A stretch of 64,000 nt of DNA, taken from positions 62,001 through 126,000 of the forward strand of contig JABVCE010000005.1 in assembly GCA_014905635.1 (NCBI GenBank), in the 5' to 3' direction. Below are positions 11,717-24,707 of this stretch, in pieces (positions within the stretch are counted from its first letter, which is position 1; each line of letters opens with the position of its first letter). The notes beneath the pieces are model-generated. The model did no database searches. It saw only the letters and a program-made list of their open reading frames with translations, and was not told where the DNA came from. Position numbers and translations under genes: made by a program. Origin of the DNA: Scenedesmus sp. PABB004. Taxonomy: Eukaryota.

Positions 11717-14594
11717 ATGCCGCCGCCGCCCGTCGGCGCCGGCGGCGGGCGCAGCCTGACGGCGGCGCTGGAGGCGGTGGCGCGGCGCGCGGCGCCGCTG
11801 TCGGCGCTGCTCGTGGCGATTGGGCTGGCCGGCCTGCTCGCGCTGCCGCTGCTGGCGCGGCCGATCACGTTTGACGAGAACGCGCTGCTCGCCGGCTCGG
11901 CGCGCCCCACGCTGCGGTGCGCCCCGCGCGGCCGCCCGGCGGCAGCGGCCGGCCGCCGCGCGGCCAGCCCCAGGGGCTGACCGCCCGCCCGCCCGCCCCG
12001 CCGCCCGCGCAGCGCCAAGTCGCCGGCCGCGTACGCCGCGGGCAAGGCCTTTGCCGCGGGCCTCGCGCCGGACCTGTTCGGCCCGCGCTTCACCGCGTCG
12101 CTGCAGGCGGCGCTCGCGGCGCAGCTCGGCCTGCCGGTGCACAACCACACGTTTGCGGCGGCGCGCCCCGCCGCCGGCGGCGCGCCGCGCGCGTGCACCA
12201 ACGTGCACGCCGTTCTCAGCTCGCCGCGCGGCGACGGCAAGGAGGCGCTGCTGCTCGTCACGCCGATCAACCACCAGGCCTTTGCCACGGGTGCGGCCTG
12301 CGCGACGGCGGCGCGACGGCGGCACGGCGCGGCCGGCGCGCGGCGCGCCGCTCACGCCGCCCCCGCTGCGCCGCCGCCGCCAGACTTTGAGCAGGACGCG
12401 TCGGGCGCGGGCCTGGCGCTGGCGCTGGGCTTTGCGCTGCTCGCCCACCTCGACAGCGCCGCGCCGTGGCTGGCCAAGGAGGTCGTGTGGGTGCTGCCGG
12501 ACGCGAGCTGCGGCCTCGTGGCCGCGATGGCCGCCTGGGCGGAGGCGTACCAAAACCCGGTGCGGGCGCCCGCCCGCGGCGCGCGCTGGGCGCCGACGCG
12601 TGCCCGGCGCGGGCGGCGGCGCGCGCGCCCGCCGACTCGGCGCCGCCGCCGTGTGCCGCAGGCGCTGGGCGCGCCCGGGCTCGAGGCGTTTGGCCGCGGC
12701 GGCGTGCTGCAGCAGGGCCTCGTGCTGGAGCTGCCCACGGGCACGCCCAACACGCTGCAGGCCAGCCTGGAGGGCTGGGACGGCCTGCTGCCAAAGCTGG
12801 ACACCTACTGGCTGCTGCGGTGCGCCACCCACGGCCGCGGCGCGCGCAGCACGCGCCCGTGCACGCGCGGCACGGGCGCCCGCGCAGCGCCCGCGCCGGA
12901 CTGCCGCCCGCCCGCCCGCCCGGGCGCCGCCGTGCCGCAGCTGGTACTGCTCGCACTATGTTGCCGCGCCCCTGGAGCTGGCGCAGGACGCGGGGCTGCA
13001 GCGCGCGCTGGGCGCGGGCGCCGACGCGGCGTCAGCCGCGCTCGCGCGCGCCGGCGCGACGGGCGCCGCGTCGGCGGCGGCCGCCGCGGGCGTGCTGACG
13101 CGCTTCATGGTCCGCCAGGCGCGCGGCCTGCCCACGGGCGGCCACGCGGCGCTGAAGGCGCTCGGCGTCGACGCCGCCACGCTGCGCGCGCTCGCCAAGG
13201 ACGGCGCCGGGCGCGTGCTCGGCCCGGCCGGCTTTGCGGGCGCCGACAACGCCGCGCCGCGCCCCGGCGCGCCGCACCCGCGCGGCGGCGGCCCCCCGGC
13301 GCGGCGCCGCCTGAGCGCTGACGAGGCGCTCGCGCAGCTTGGGGACGTCGCGGAGCTGGTGCTGCGCAGCTGCTCGTGCCTGATCGAGCGCTTCCACCAC
13401 TCGCTCTTCCTCTACGCCCTCACAGGCCTGGAGGCGTACGTGAGCGTGGAGCGCTACGTGGCGCCGCTGGCGGCGCTCATCCTGGTGCTGCCGCTGCAGG
13501 CGCGCCCCGGGAGGCAGGGAGGAGAGGGGGACGGGGGCAGGGCGGGCGGGCGTGCGCTGCGTGCGCGCGAGTGCCGACCCGCCCGACTCGCGCCCGGCTG
13601 CGCCGCGCAGGCGGCAGCGCTGCGCAGCACGCCGGCCCCGCCACGCGCGAGCGGCTCGGCCGGCGCAGGCGGCGCGGGCGGCGTCGGCGGCGCCAGGCGG
13701 CGCCTGGCAGCCAAGCTGGCGGGCCTGGCCGCGCGGCTGGGGCACCGGCCGGCGCCCGGCGGGGGTGGCGACGGCGCCGCGGCAGCGAGCGGTGCGCCGC
13801 CTGCGCCGCCCGCGCCGCTGGCGCCCGTGGACCTGCTGCAGCTGGCGCCTGCGGGCGAGACCGCCGCTGCGCTCGTGCAGTGGGGCGGCGCTCTCAAGCT
13901 CGTGATGGCGGTGCACGCGCTCGCGGTGGCGGCGGGCTGCGCGCTGCGGCGCGCGCCGGAGCTGCTGCCCGTGCTGCGGCTGCCGGGGCTCGCCGCCTGG
14001 CTCGCGCGCGCGGCGGCGGCGCCGGCGGACCACGCCGCGGAGCTGGGCGCGGGGTGCGGGCTCGTGCTGGCGCTGTGGGCGGTGCTGGACGGCCTGGCGT
14101 CGGCCTGCGCGGCGGGGGCGTGCGGCGGCGCCGGCGCAGCCGACGGCTGCAGCAGCAGCACCAGCAGCCGCAGCAGCCGCAGCGGCAGCCGCGCGGCGTT
14201 TGTGCGGCGCGTGCTGGTGGCGGAGCTCAGCGCCGCCGCGGCCGCGCTAGCCGCGCTGGCCTGCCTCAACTGGGCGCTCGCGTACGCCGCCTGCCTGGTG
14301 GTCGTGCCGCTGGCGCTGGGCTGCACGCCGCCGCCGGCCGAGCCGAGCGGCGCAGGCGGCGCCGCCGGGGCGCGCCGCCGCGGCCGGCGGCGCGCCGCGG
14401 CGGTGCTGGCGTGCTGCTCGCCGCCGGCGGTCGCCGCGGCGCTGGGCGTGGCGAGCGGGAGCGGCGTGGGCCCGGCCTGGCTGGCGTGGCTGGCGCTGCG
14501 CAGCAGCTGGGGCGCGTGGCTGGTGGCGTGGGGCGTGGTGCTGCCGTTCTGGGGCGTCGCCGCGTGGGCCGTGGCCGACGGCAGCGCCTGGTGA
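11717..14594 (+). CDS. GAA1: GPI transamidase subunit GAA1/GPAA1, 6 exons
   Basis: N-terminal TM helix followed by ITFDENALLAG, then NVHAVLSSPRGDGKEALLLVTP, APWLAKEVVWV, LEGWDGLLPKLD, LIERFHHSLFLY and multiple C-terminal TM helices. Confidence 0.88.
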
Positions 14595-15008
14595 GCTCAG
14601 CAGCCGCTGCGCTGGGCGCCCGTCTCGCTCCAAGGCGGCCGCCGCCGAGGCGGCCGCGCGCGGCGGCGGCGCGTGACTCGCCGGCGGCGCGTGCCGGCGG
14701 CGGCGGCGGCGCTTCCCGCCGGCGCGCCGTGCTGGGGAGTGGCCCCCCGCGCTGCGCGGGCCGCGGCGCTCTCGTGCGCGCGGGCTGGTGTAACACTGCG
14801 CACGTGGCCCCGGGCCCCGTGGCTTCTGCTCGTCCCGCCCGGCGGCTCGGCGGCCGAGGCCGCCACATGCGCGCCCGCACGCGAGTGCCGCCTGCTCTGC
14901 AGTGCAGCCGCGCGCCGCAAAGCCCTCGCGCGGCCCCTCGCCCACATTGCCTGCCCGCGCCGTCGGGCCCGGCTGTCTCCGTCGCCGCGCGGCCATGGCC
15001 GCGCCCTG
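14594..15008 (+). repeat. Inverted duplication IR1 copy A (decayed copy of the TFIP11 last codons plus downstream region)
   Basis: Aligns by eye to the reverse complement of 20639-21055 with scattered substitutions and small indels. Confidence 0.9.
14789..14793 (+). terminator. TGTAA poly(A) signal of GAA1
   Basis: Chlorophyte consensus about 195 nt after the stop codon, located inside IR1 copy A. Confidence 0.55.
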
Positions 15009-15054
15009 ACCACGGCGGCCGCACCCCGGCGCCGCGGGAGCAGTCGCGGTAGCG

Positions 15055-18000
15055 ATGGAGGTCGTGGCGCCTCGCTCGGGCGCGGAGACGGCGCTGAAGG
15101 CGCGCCTCTCGCGCGCCCTGTTTGAGCTGAACCTCAAGCTCGCGAGCTGCAAGTCAGGGGCGCTCGTGCAGGTGCGGGCCGAGGCGGCGAGGGCTGCTGC
15201 CCCCGCCCCCGCGCGCGCAGCGGCCCACCCCGCGCCCCCGCGCGCAGGTGTGGATGCCCGACGTCACCGCCGACGGCAGCGTCGTGCTGAGCGCCCAGGT
15301 GGGGCGGCGGCGGCGGCGAGGGTTGTTCGGAGCGGGCGCCGGCACGCTGCTGCTCGGGGGCGCCGCCCCGGCAGCCAGCTTCTCCGCACCCGAGGCCGCA
15401 TGGGCGCGCGGTGCTGCGCTCTGAGAGGCGCGCCGCCGCCGCCGCGCGACCAGGGCCTGCCGTTTGCCATCGCGGGCGTGGGCGACCTGCTCGCCCTCTT
15501 CCGCTGCGTGTCCTGCCGCTACCGCTTCTCCACCGACGTCACGCGCCCGGGGCTCATGGGCGCCATCGGGCGCGTCTACTCGAGCTGCGAGGTGAGCCGC
15601 GCGCGCGCGGCGCGTGCCGCAGCCGCCGCGCGCTCCGCCGCGCGCCCCCGCCGCGGCCAAGGCCGCTGCGCGCGCGCCCGCTGAGCCTGCGTCAACCCCG
15701 CCGCTGCGGCACCGCGCCTGCCGCGCCAGCCTGAGATGAGCCACAACGTGCAGAAGTACGACAAGCAGGTCTACCTGCGCGTCAGCGAGGCGCAGCGCTG
15801 CCGCGTGCACAGCACGCTCGTGATGCCCGTCTTTGACGGCGGACCGGCCGCGGGCGCGCTGCCACCCGACGGCGGCGGCGGGCGGCCGGTCGCGGTGTTT
15901 GAGCTGGTGCAGGCGGACCGGGACGTGCCCTTCCCCGCGGTCATCGCGGAGCTGCGCAAGTGCCTCACGGTGCGCGCCGCGCCCGCGCGCGCCCCCCGCG
16001 CGCGCCGCCCGCGCCGCCCGCGCCGCCCGCGCCGCCCGCACGCCGCCCGCACGCCGCGCGCCCGCTCACCGCCTCCCCCCCCGGCGGCTCGCGCACGTGT
16101 GTGGTCAGGACGTGAGCATGGCGACGAGCGACCCCGAGTCCATCACCAGCAGTGTGGGCCTGCGCAAGTGGCCGATGCACGTCGACGCGGCGGCGCTGCT
16201 GCGCGAGCTGGGCGAGGAGCTCGGCGGGCCCGCGCACAGCGGCAGCAACAGCGCGGGGCGGCTGCTGCTCGAGAACGACCTGCCCGAGGACGAGGGGCCC
16301 ACGGGGCCGGCGGGCCTGCCCCCCGCGCCGCACCACCCCCGGCCCGCGCCCGCGTCGAGCTTCATCTCCGCCTGGCAGGCGGCGGTGCCCAGCACGGCGC
16401 CCACGCCCGCGCCGCGCGGCGGCGGCGGCGGCGGCGCGGGCACGAGCGCTGCGGCGGGCGGCGCGGCGGTCAAGGCCGAGGACGCGGGCGGCAGTGGCAG
16501 CGGCGCGGCGGCGCACAGCAGCGGGCAGGGCAGCGCGCGCATGGAGGAGGACGCGGGCGGCGTGCCCGTCGCGCCCGGCGCAGCTGCTGCCGGCAGCGGC
16601 GGGGACGGCATGGCCGTCGACGCGCCCGCGGCGCCCGCGGCGCCCGCGGGCGCGGCGCGGCGCGACGACAAGGACGAGGCGCAGTCCAAGCAGTCGCAGC
16701 CGGCGGCCGGCGGCGGCGGCGGCGCGCCGCAGGCCGACGCCGCGGCGGGGCCCGTGCTGACGGCGCAGATGCTGAGCGCGCTCGCGACGGCGGCGACCAA
16801 CGTGCAGCACAGCGCGCAGCAGCAGCCGCCGGGCCCGCCCGGCGCGGCGCAGCAGCAGCAGCTCACGCTCGACCTGAGCAGCCTGCTGGTGAACAGCATG
16901 CAGGCGGTGCTCAACCAGCACAGCCAGACGGTGCAGGGCTTGCAGCAGCAAGCGGCGGCGAGCCAGCCGGCGGGCGGCCCGGCCGGCGCGGGCGCGCCCG
17001 GCGGCGCGTCTGACCCCGCCGCGCTGTCGTCTGCCATCTCCACGCTCATCGCTGCCGCCAACGCGCAGGCCGCCGCGGCGGGCGGCGCGCCCGGCGGCGG
17101 CGCGGGCAGCCAGCCGCTGCTGGCGGCGGTGGAGCAGCTGCAGGCGCTGCAGCAGCAGCTCGCGGCGGGCAGCGACGGCGGGCCGCCGCCGCCGGCAGCG
17201 GCGGCCGCGCAGAGCGCGGAGGCGGTCGCGGCGATGCAGGCGCAGCTGGCGGCCGCGGGGCTGCCGCCGGCGGGCCCCGCGCCCGGCGGCGGCCTGAAGC
17301 GCAGCGGCTCCAGCGTCGCCGCGTTTGCCAAGCCCGGCGCCGACGAGGGCGCCGAGGAGGAGGAGGAGGAGCTCGGCTCCGACGACGACGACGACGACGG
17401 CCGCGCCGGCGCCCGCGGCGGCGCGGGCGGCGGCTACGCCTCCAACGGGCGCCCCATGGGCGCGGGGCGCAAGCTCACGTTTGAGGACCTGCAGGCCCAG
17501 TTTGGGCGGGGGCTCAAGGAGGCGGCGGCCAACCTGGGCATCTGCGCGACGACGCTCAAGCGCGCGTGCCGGCGCAACGGCATCACGCGCTGGCCGCGGC
17601 GCCAGATCCAGAAGCTCAACCGCACGCTGCACCAGATGGGCGGCCCCGGCGCGCCCGGCGGGCCGCCGCTCGAGGCGCTCGTGACGAGCGCGATCGCCAA
17701 AAACCTCAAGCCCAGCGCGCTCACGCCCGCGCTGACGGCGAGCCTGCAGCAGAGCCTGCTCGCGCAGGCCGCCGGCAGCGACGCGTACGGGTACGGCTCG
17801 CGCAGCAGCAGCATGGCCATCCCGCGCGTCGGCTCGTCGAGCGGGCGCGGCGGCGGCAGCGGCGGCGGCAGCTTCACCGGCCTGGCCGGCCTCGGCGGCA
17901 GCCTCGGCCAGGCGGGGCTGGGCCTCGGCGGCGGCCCCGGCTCGGGCAGCGGGGGCGGGCTGCTCGCGGGCGGCCTGGGCGGGTTTTCGTTCCCCGGCGC

Positions 18001-18796
18001 CGACGGCCAGCTCGCCGGCAGCCTCGGCTGCGACGGCCAGCTCGCCAACCTGCAATACCTGCAGGCGCTGCAGGCGCAGCAGCACGCCGCCGCGATGCAC
18101 GCGCAGCTGGGCGGCGACTACACCGCGCAGCACCACATGGCGCTGATGCAGGGCGGCATGCTCCCGGGCGGCCTCATGCACGGCGGCATGGACGGCGGCG
18201 GCGGCATGCTGCCCCCCGACCGCGTCGCGGTGCTCGCGCAGCTGGAGCAGCAGCAGGCGCTGCTGAGCCAGCAGATCCACCTTATGGGCGGCGGTGGCGG
18301 CAGCGCGGGCGGCCGCCTGCCGCCGGGCACGCCCGGCATGCAGCGCACGGCCAGCGGCTACCTGCACAGCAGCGCGCCGGCGATGGGCCAGCTGGCGCAG
18401 CACCAGGCGGCCATGCTCGGCGCGGTGGGCCTCGGCCCCGGCGCCGGCGGCCAGCAGCAGCAGCAGCAGCACGTGCCCGGCATGCGCCCCGCGTTCCCGC
18501 AGCACGCCGACACGAGCAGCCCGTCGCAGCAGACCAGCTGCGGCGCGCCGTCCGCCAGCGCGAGCGCGCCGTCCGGCGGCGGCGCCGCCGCCGGCGGCGC
18601 GCTGCTGGGCGGCGTGGAGGTCCCTGGCGGCGACGGCTTCTTTGACCTCCTGGGTGTCGACATGCTGCTGGAGGAGGGGGGGCTGGACCTCAGCCTCGCG
18701 GGCATCGAGCCCCCCGCCGCGGGGCACAAGGCCGACCCCGGCGGCGACGCGGGGCCGCCCGTCGTGGCGGGCGCCGACTTCAAGGGCCTGTTCTGA
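15055..18796 (+). CDS. NIT2: NIT2-like (NIN-like) nitrate regulator, GAF-like domain plus RWP-RK domain, 5 exons
   Basis: LVQ|VWMP, GLPFAIAGVGDLLALFRCVSCRYRFS, GRVYSSCE|PEMSHNVQKY (NLP-type GAF region). LTFEDLQAQFGRGLKEAAANLGICATTLKRACRRNGITRWPRRQI (RWP-RK). Gln/Gly-rich linkers, no PB1 domain seen. Confidence 0.88.
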
Positions 18797-19330
18797 GCGC
18801 CCCGCGGCCGCGCCGCCCGCCCGCCTGCCCATGGGAGGGTGGGATGGGGGCCACGGGGCAGGGCGGCGGCGCGTGGCGCGCGACTGGGGCGTGCGTGCGC
18901 GCGCGCAGTGTGCGTCCCCCGTGCTGCGGGGGCTGTACAATGGCTTGGGGCGGGGCTCGCAGCGGCGGCAGCGCGGCTATTGCCGCGCGCGCCGCCAGGG
19001 GCCCCCATGAGCGCACCCGGGTTGGCGCCCCCAGCCGTTGGCCCGGCAGCACTGACGTGCTGGGCGGCGCAGCCTGCATTCGCTGGGCTGCACCTGCCAG
19101 GAGCGTGTGCGGAGCAGCCACGGGGCGGGGCAATCAGTGCTGCAGCCGCGCCTGCGGCCACCGTGGGAGGGTTCCAATTGATTGCGGCTGTGCTGCCACG
19201 GTAATTGCTCGCAGCAGCTCCCTGCAGACCGCGCGGGGCCGCCGAAGCAGCAGCTGCGCTGAGCGCAGCAAGGCCGCGACAGTCTGCGCACAGTCGACGG
19301 GAGCTGAACTCTTCTTCCGTGCTTAGCACG

Positions 19331-19335
19331 TTACA
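19331..19335 (-). terminator. TGTAA poly(A) signal of the small secreted-protein gene
   Basis: TTACA on the plus strand, about 235 nt past the TAA at 19570. Confidence 0.55.
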
Positions 19336-19569
19336 TCCTGCGCAGCTGCGCGCCAACCATGTGCAGTGTGCGGTGGCGGCCGCTGACAATCGCTCCCGCG
19401 TTCACCGACGCGTCAATGCACACACACCCGCGTTCACGCCTTCACCCGAGAGCGCCTGCCCAGGTGAGGGGGAGGTTCGAGCGGGGAGAGGGCGTCCGTC
19501 CGTGCGCAGCCGTTCGTTTGGGGGGTGCGTCGCCCGACAGGCGTCGGGCGGGCGCCGGCGTCGGTGCGC

Positions 19570-20335
19570 TTAGCACTCGCCGGACTCCTTGTACTTCTCG
19601 CACGCGGCGCCCGCGGCCTTGAGGGGCGTGTAGTAGCGGGCGTTGTTGATGCCGCTCTTGCTCTTCTCGCAGTCGGAGTACGCCTTCCAGGCGTCCTCGG
19701 ACGCGACCTTCTGGGTGAGCTACGGGCGCAGGCGGGCGGCGCGCACGCCGGCGGCGTGTGAGCGCGTGGCGGCGGCGCGGGCGGGGCGCGCGGCCGCGGC
19801 GCGGGCACCGCACCAGCACGCAGCCGTCGGGCATCGTCACGGTCTTGACGATCAGGGGCGCTGGCGGGCAGAGCGGGAGGCGGCGGTGCGGCGGTCGGTC
19901 AGCGTCACCGGCACTGCTGCAGCCCGTTCGGCAGGCCGGCGCGTGCGAGCGCGCGGCGCGCGTTATATGTATGCCGAGCGAGCCCCGGCTCGCCAACGAG
20001 CCCCCCGGCGCACCGGCGGCAATGATCTTGTTCTTGAGGCACAGCGCGTACATGGTCTTCTTGTTGGTGGCGGCGAGGTTCGCGTTGACCTTGTAGCTGG
20101 ACACGTGGCACCAGGCGGCTGCGGCGGGGCGTCGGGGGCGGTCGGCGGCGCGATTATTCCCGGCACCTCAGGGATCGCGCCGGGTGACACCGCCGTGCCG
20201 CGCGCGGAGACCGTGCGCGCTGGGCTCCATCGGCGCGATCGCGCCTAAATCTCTCCCGCACTCACCGTCGGCGGTCTGCGCGACGAACGCGACCGCGAAC
20301 AGGGCGAGCAGGAAGGTGGCGGTGGACTTGGCCAT
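19570..20335 (-). CDS. Small secreted Lys-rich protein with 6 Cys, 123 aa, unknown function
   Basis: Exons 20335-20266, 20118-20014, 19860-19814 and 19719-19570 join in frame through GT-AG introns. Signal peptide MAKSTATFLLALFAVAFVAQTADA. Strong C/G-ending codon bias. Confidence 0.85.
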
Positions 20336-20638
20336 GGTGACGGCTTGCGGGGGCTGGGAGGCGGAGGGGGGTGGGTGTACAGTGAGGAGGGAGGGTTACT
20401 GTTGCCTGAGCGCCGGCCGCCGGCCGCTTTTGCCGCCGCCAGGGTTGTCATTTCGCGATTGTCATTCTCGTACGCATATGCCGTCTCGCCTGAATCATCC
20501 CGTCCCCCGTGACCGGGGAAGCACGCAGCGGTACCGCGATGCGGGCGCGAGGCTATGGCGCGCGCGCCGGCGGGAGCAGGGCCGGCGGCGGCGGCAGCGG
20601 GGCTCCGCGGGTGACGTCGCGCGGCCGCGCGGCGAGCG

Positions 20639-21055
20639 CAGGGCGCGGCCGCGCGGCTACGGACACAACCGGGCCCGACGGCGCGGGCAGGCAATTGTGG
20701 GCGAGGGACCGCGCGAGGGCTTTGCGGGCGGCGCGCGGCTGCACTGCAGAGCAGGCGGCACTCGTGTGCGGGCGCGCATGTGGCAGCCTCGGCCGCCGAG
20801 CCGTCGGGCGGGACGAGCAGAAGCCACGGGGCCACGTGCCATGCCAGTGTGTTACACCAGCCCGCGCGCAGGAGAGCGCCGCACGCGCGCCCGCGCAGCG
20901 TGGGGGACACTCCCCAGCACGGCGCGCCGGCGGAAAGCACCGCCGCCGCAGCCGGCACGCGCCGCCGGCGAGTCACGCGCCGCCGCCGCCGCGCGCGGCC
21001 GCCTCGGCGGCGAGCGCCTCGAGCGAGACGGGCACCCAGCCGCGGCCCTTGAGCT
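20639..21055 (-). repeat. Inverted duplication IR1 copy B (native TFIP11 3' end and UTR, TGTAA at 20852-20856)
   Basis: Reverse complement of 14594-15008. Confidence 0.9.
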
Positions 21056-24000
21056 GCGCGCGCACGAGGCCCGCCGCCGCGTCGACGACGCAGCTCACGC
21101 CGCCAAACGCGTACAGGGGCAGGCCGTCGTGCAGGCGCCCCGCGCGCGGGACAAACGCGAGCCCCGCCTCCTCCGCGTAGCGCGCGACGAGCTCGCGCAG
21201 CCCGGCTCCGGCCCCACGCCGCCCAGGCCCGCCGCGCCGCCCGGCCGCGCCGCCGGCGGCGGCGCGGCGCCGGCGCCGGCCTCGCCCGCGAGCTCCGCGC
21301 GCCACGACGGCTGCCCCGCGCCGCCGCCGCCCGCCGGCGCGGGCGCGGGCGGCGCCGGCGCCGCGACGGGCTGCCCGTCCGCGGCGGTGTGCATCATCGA
21401 CAGCGCGGCGCCGAGCGCGGCGCGCACGCGCGGGTGGTCTGCGAGGTCGGGCGGCAGCCGCGCCTTCCACGCGCTGTACCAGGCCGCGACCTCGTCGTAG
21501 TCTGGGCGCGCGCTGAGCCAGTGCGCGAGCAGGGCGTGCCAGGCGGGGAAGAAGCTGCGCTCCAGCAGCGCCGGCAGCGCGCCGCGCGGCAGCAGGCCGT
21601 CCCAGTCGAGCGCCCACTGGAACGGCTCCAGCGCCGGCGACAGCGGGTTGAGGTCCAGCTCCTGTGGGTGTTTGTGGTTTGGGGTTTGGGGGGGGGAGGC
21701 ACGTGGGTGGGTGGGGGTGGGGACGTGCTGCGGCGGCCCGTGCCCCCGCGGCGCGGCGCGGCGGCCGGGGCGCGCACGCACCGTCTCCAGCGCGTGCGCC
21801 AGCTTGGGCAGGATGCTGCGGTTCAGCAGCGCCTCCCAGTCGGCCGGCTCAAACACGGTCGCCCACGGCGCGAGCAGCAGCCGCGCGCTCGCGTCGCTCG
21901 CGTGCCACGCCGCCAGCGCGCGGCTGAGGCGGTGCCTGCGGCGGCGGTGCAGCGGGCGGCAGCGGGCGGCGGCGGTGCGGCGCGTGGTCGGTGGCTGGCG
22001 GCGGCGGCGGCGGCGCTGCCCGTCGCTGCAGCGGCTGGCAGTGGCGTGCACGGGCGCGCGCGGCTGCGCGCGCCCCCGCGGCGCCCCCGCTGCTGCGCGC
22101 ACCGTATCGTGGGGTAGACGCTGTCGAGCTGCGGCGCGAGGTGGGGCAGCCAGGGGTGCAGCCAGGCGTGGATGGGCGCCGCCTCGCGCGTCGGGTCCCA
22201 CGCCTCCACCGCGGCGGCGATGCGCGGCAGCACGAGCCCCGTGAGCAGCGCCGCCGCCGCGCCGCGCGGCAGCAATGGGCGCCAGACGTCAAACCACGCC
22301 AGCAGCGGCTCCGGCTGGCGCGGCTCCCAGTGCGTGATCGCCGACCTGGCGCCCGACGCGCGCGCGCAGAGGGGCGGGCGACGGGCGGGTGGGCGCGCGC
22401 GCGTGTGGGCGCGCTCGCGGGCGGCGCCGCGCCGCGCCGCGCGGCGGCGTCGCGCCGCGTCCGCGGTCGGCCGCTGTCGGGCGCACCGTATCGGCGGCAT
22501 GACCACCTCTGCCACCGCGACGGCGTACGCGTCCTCGCTGTCCTCCCAGCTCCCCAGCACCGCCTGCGCCGCGCCCGCGCCCTCGAGCAGGCCGCGCCAC
22601 GCGCCAAACTCGGCCGCGCCGCGGCCGGGCTCGTCGAGCGGCGCCCAGCCCGCGAGCGCGGCGCGCAGCAGCGGCAGCGCCGCGCTCAGCGCCGCCGCGG
22701 GCAGGCCATAGAGGGCATACTCCTCCGGGTAGGACGCCGCCAGGCCGGCGTAGCCCGCGTGCAGGCGCGCGAGCGCGTCGGGCCCGCGAGGCGGCGCCGC
22801 CTGCAGCGCCGCGAGGCGGGACGCGAGGCCCTCGAGCCGCTCCGACGCGCCCGCCGCGGCGGACACCTCCGCCTCGAGCCGCGCCTTCTCGGCCGCCAGC
22901 AGCGTCGCGGTGTCGGTCTGGTGCTGCAGCGCCGCGTCGAGGCGGCGCAGCTGCGCCTCGGTCAGGCTGACCAGCAGCGCCATGTTGTGCGCGAGCTCAG
23001 GCATCGGCGGCCCCGCGCCCGTGTCGGGCGCGCTGCCGTCGCCTGCGCGCCGCGGCGGCCGCGGCGGGCGGGCGCGGCACGGCGGGCGGCGCGGCGCGGC
23101 GGGTGGGCGCGGCGCGGCGGGTGGGGGCGGCGCGGCGCGGCGTGTGCGGCGTGGCGGCCGCACCCGCGCCCGCGTTGAGCTGCTCCAGGTCGGTGACCAG
23201 CCGCGCCGTGGGGCCTCGCATGTCAAGGATGGGCGCCGCCGCCAGCCCCGTCCGCGCGCCGCCGCCGCCGCCGCCGGCCGCCTCCTCCAGCACCTCCTCC
23301 GCGGTCTTGTAGGTGCGGCGCTGCCGCGCGGGGGCCGCCTTCTTCTTCCACAGCGGCGCCTGGAGGAGGCGCGGCGGCGCGGCAGCGCAGCGGAGCGGTG
23401 CGGCGCGGCGCTCGGCGGGGCGCGGCGCTCGGCGGCGTGCGCCCAGCGCGGCGAACGCCCGCGGTGGCGGCGCGCGCGCCAGCGCGCCTGGGTCTTGGCG
23501 GTCGCCTCGGCGAGCTCGGCCGCGAGCTCCGCCGCGTCGGCGTCGGGCGGCGCGTCGGGGGTCGTGTCGGGCGGCGGCGGCGGCGCGAGCTTGGCCTCCT
23601 TGAAGTCTCCAAAGCCCATGCCCATGCCCTTGGGGCGCAGCTTGGGCTCGAGCGGCTTGGCGATGCCCTGCTTGCCGCGGCCGAGGCCCTTGCCCGCCTC
23701 GTAGCCCATCTTGGAGAGCAGCTTCAGGCCGATGCCCTTGGTGTGCGCCTCAAACGCGGCAAAGCGCGGGTCGGCCGACCGCGCGGCGGCGCGCTCCGAC
23801 GCCGCGGTGACCTTGGCGGCCGCGGCCTTCTGCTTCTGCTGCGCCGCGGCCTTGATCCTGACGCGCGGCGCGCGGCCGCGCAGTGTCACCGCGGCGGCCG
23901 GGCGGCGCGGGCGGCGCGGGCGCAGAACCCGCCCCTGCCGCCCGCCGCCCCGCAGCAGCGGCGCGCGTGCGCGCGCGTGCCGCACCTGCGGCCAAACGCG

Positions 24001-24089
24001 GTGGGCAGCACCGCGTGCTCGTCGTCCTCGTCGTCGCTGCCGCGCGGCTGGTGCCGCGCGGTCGCCTGCCAGCTGCTGCTGCCGAGGCC

Positions 24090-24138
<49 letters not shown>

Positions 24139-24675
24139 TGCCGCCGCCGCCCGGCTCCTGGGCGCCTGCAGGCTTGAAGCCCAGCCCGCCGCCGCCGCCG
24201 CCGCCGGTGCTGCCGCCGGACACAAAGCCCAGGCCGCCGCCGCCGCCGCCGCCGCCCGCGCCCAGGCCTGCTTTGCTGCCGCCGGTGAAGCCCAGGCCGC
24301 CGCCGCCGCCGCCACTGGCGCCGCCGGCGCCCAGGCCTGCTTTGCTGCCGCCGGTGAAGCCCAGGCCGCCGCCGGGGGCGACGCCCGACGGCTGCTGCGC
24401 CGCCTGCTTGGCCGGCTGCGCCTGCGGCCGCGGCCCCGCGGCGCCGTCCTCGGGCGGCTGCTGCACGAACGTGCCGCTCGACACAAAGCCCACCGGCTTG
24501 GTGTAGTCGGCCTTGGCCCGCTTGCCACCGCCGCCACCGCCGCGCCGGCCACCGCCGCCGCGGTCGTCGTCGTCGTCGCTGCTGGCGTAGCCGTACAGCG
24601 CCTCCTCCTTGGTCTGCTGCCGCCGCTTCTTCTGCTTGGCGTAAAAGAACTCGCCGCCCACCTCCACCAGGCCCT

Positions 24676-24707
<32 letters not shown>

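Noticed and set aside
24180..24370. 57-nt duplicated Gly-rich unit in TFIP11 (GGGLGFTGGSKAGLGAGG)
   Set aside because: An ordinary low-complexity coding expansion of GLGF/GLG repeats.
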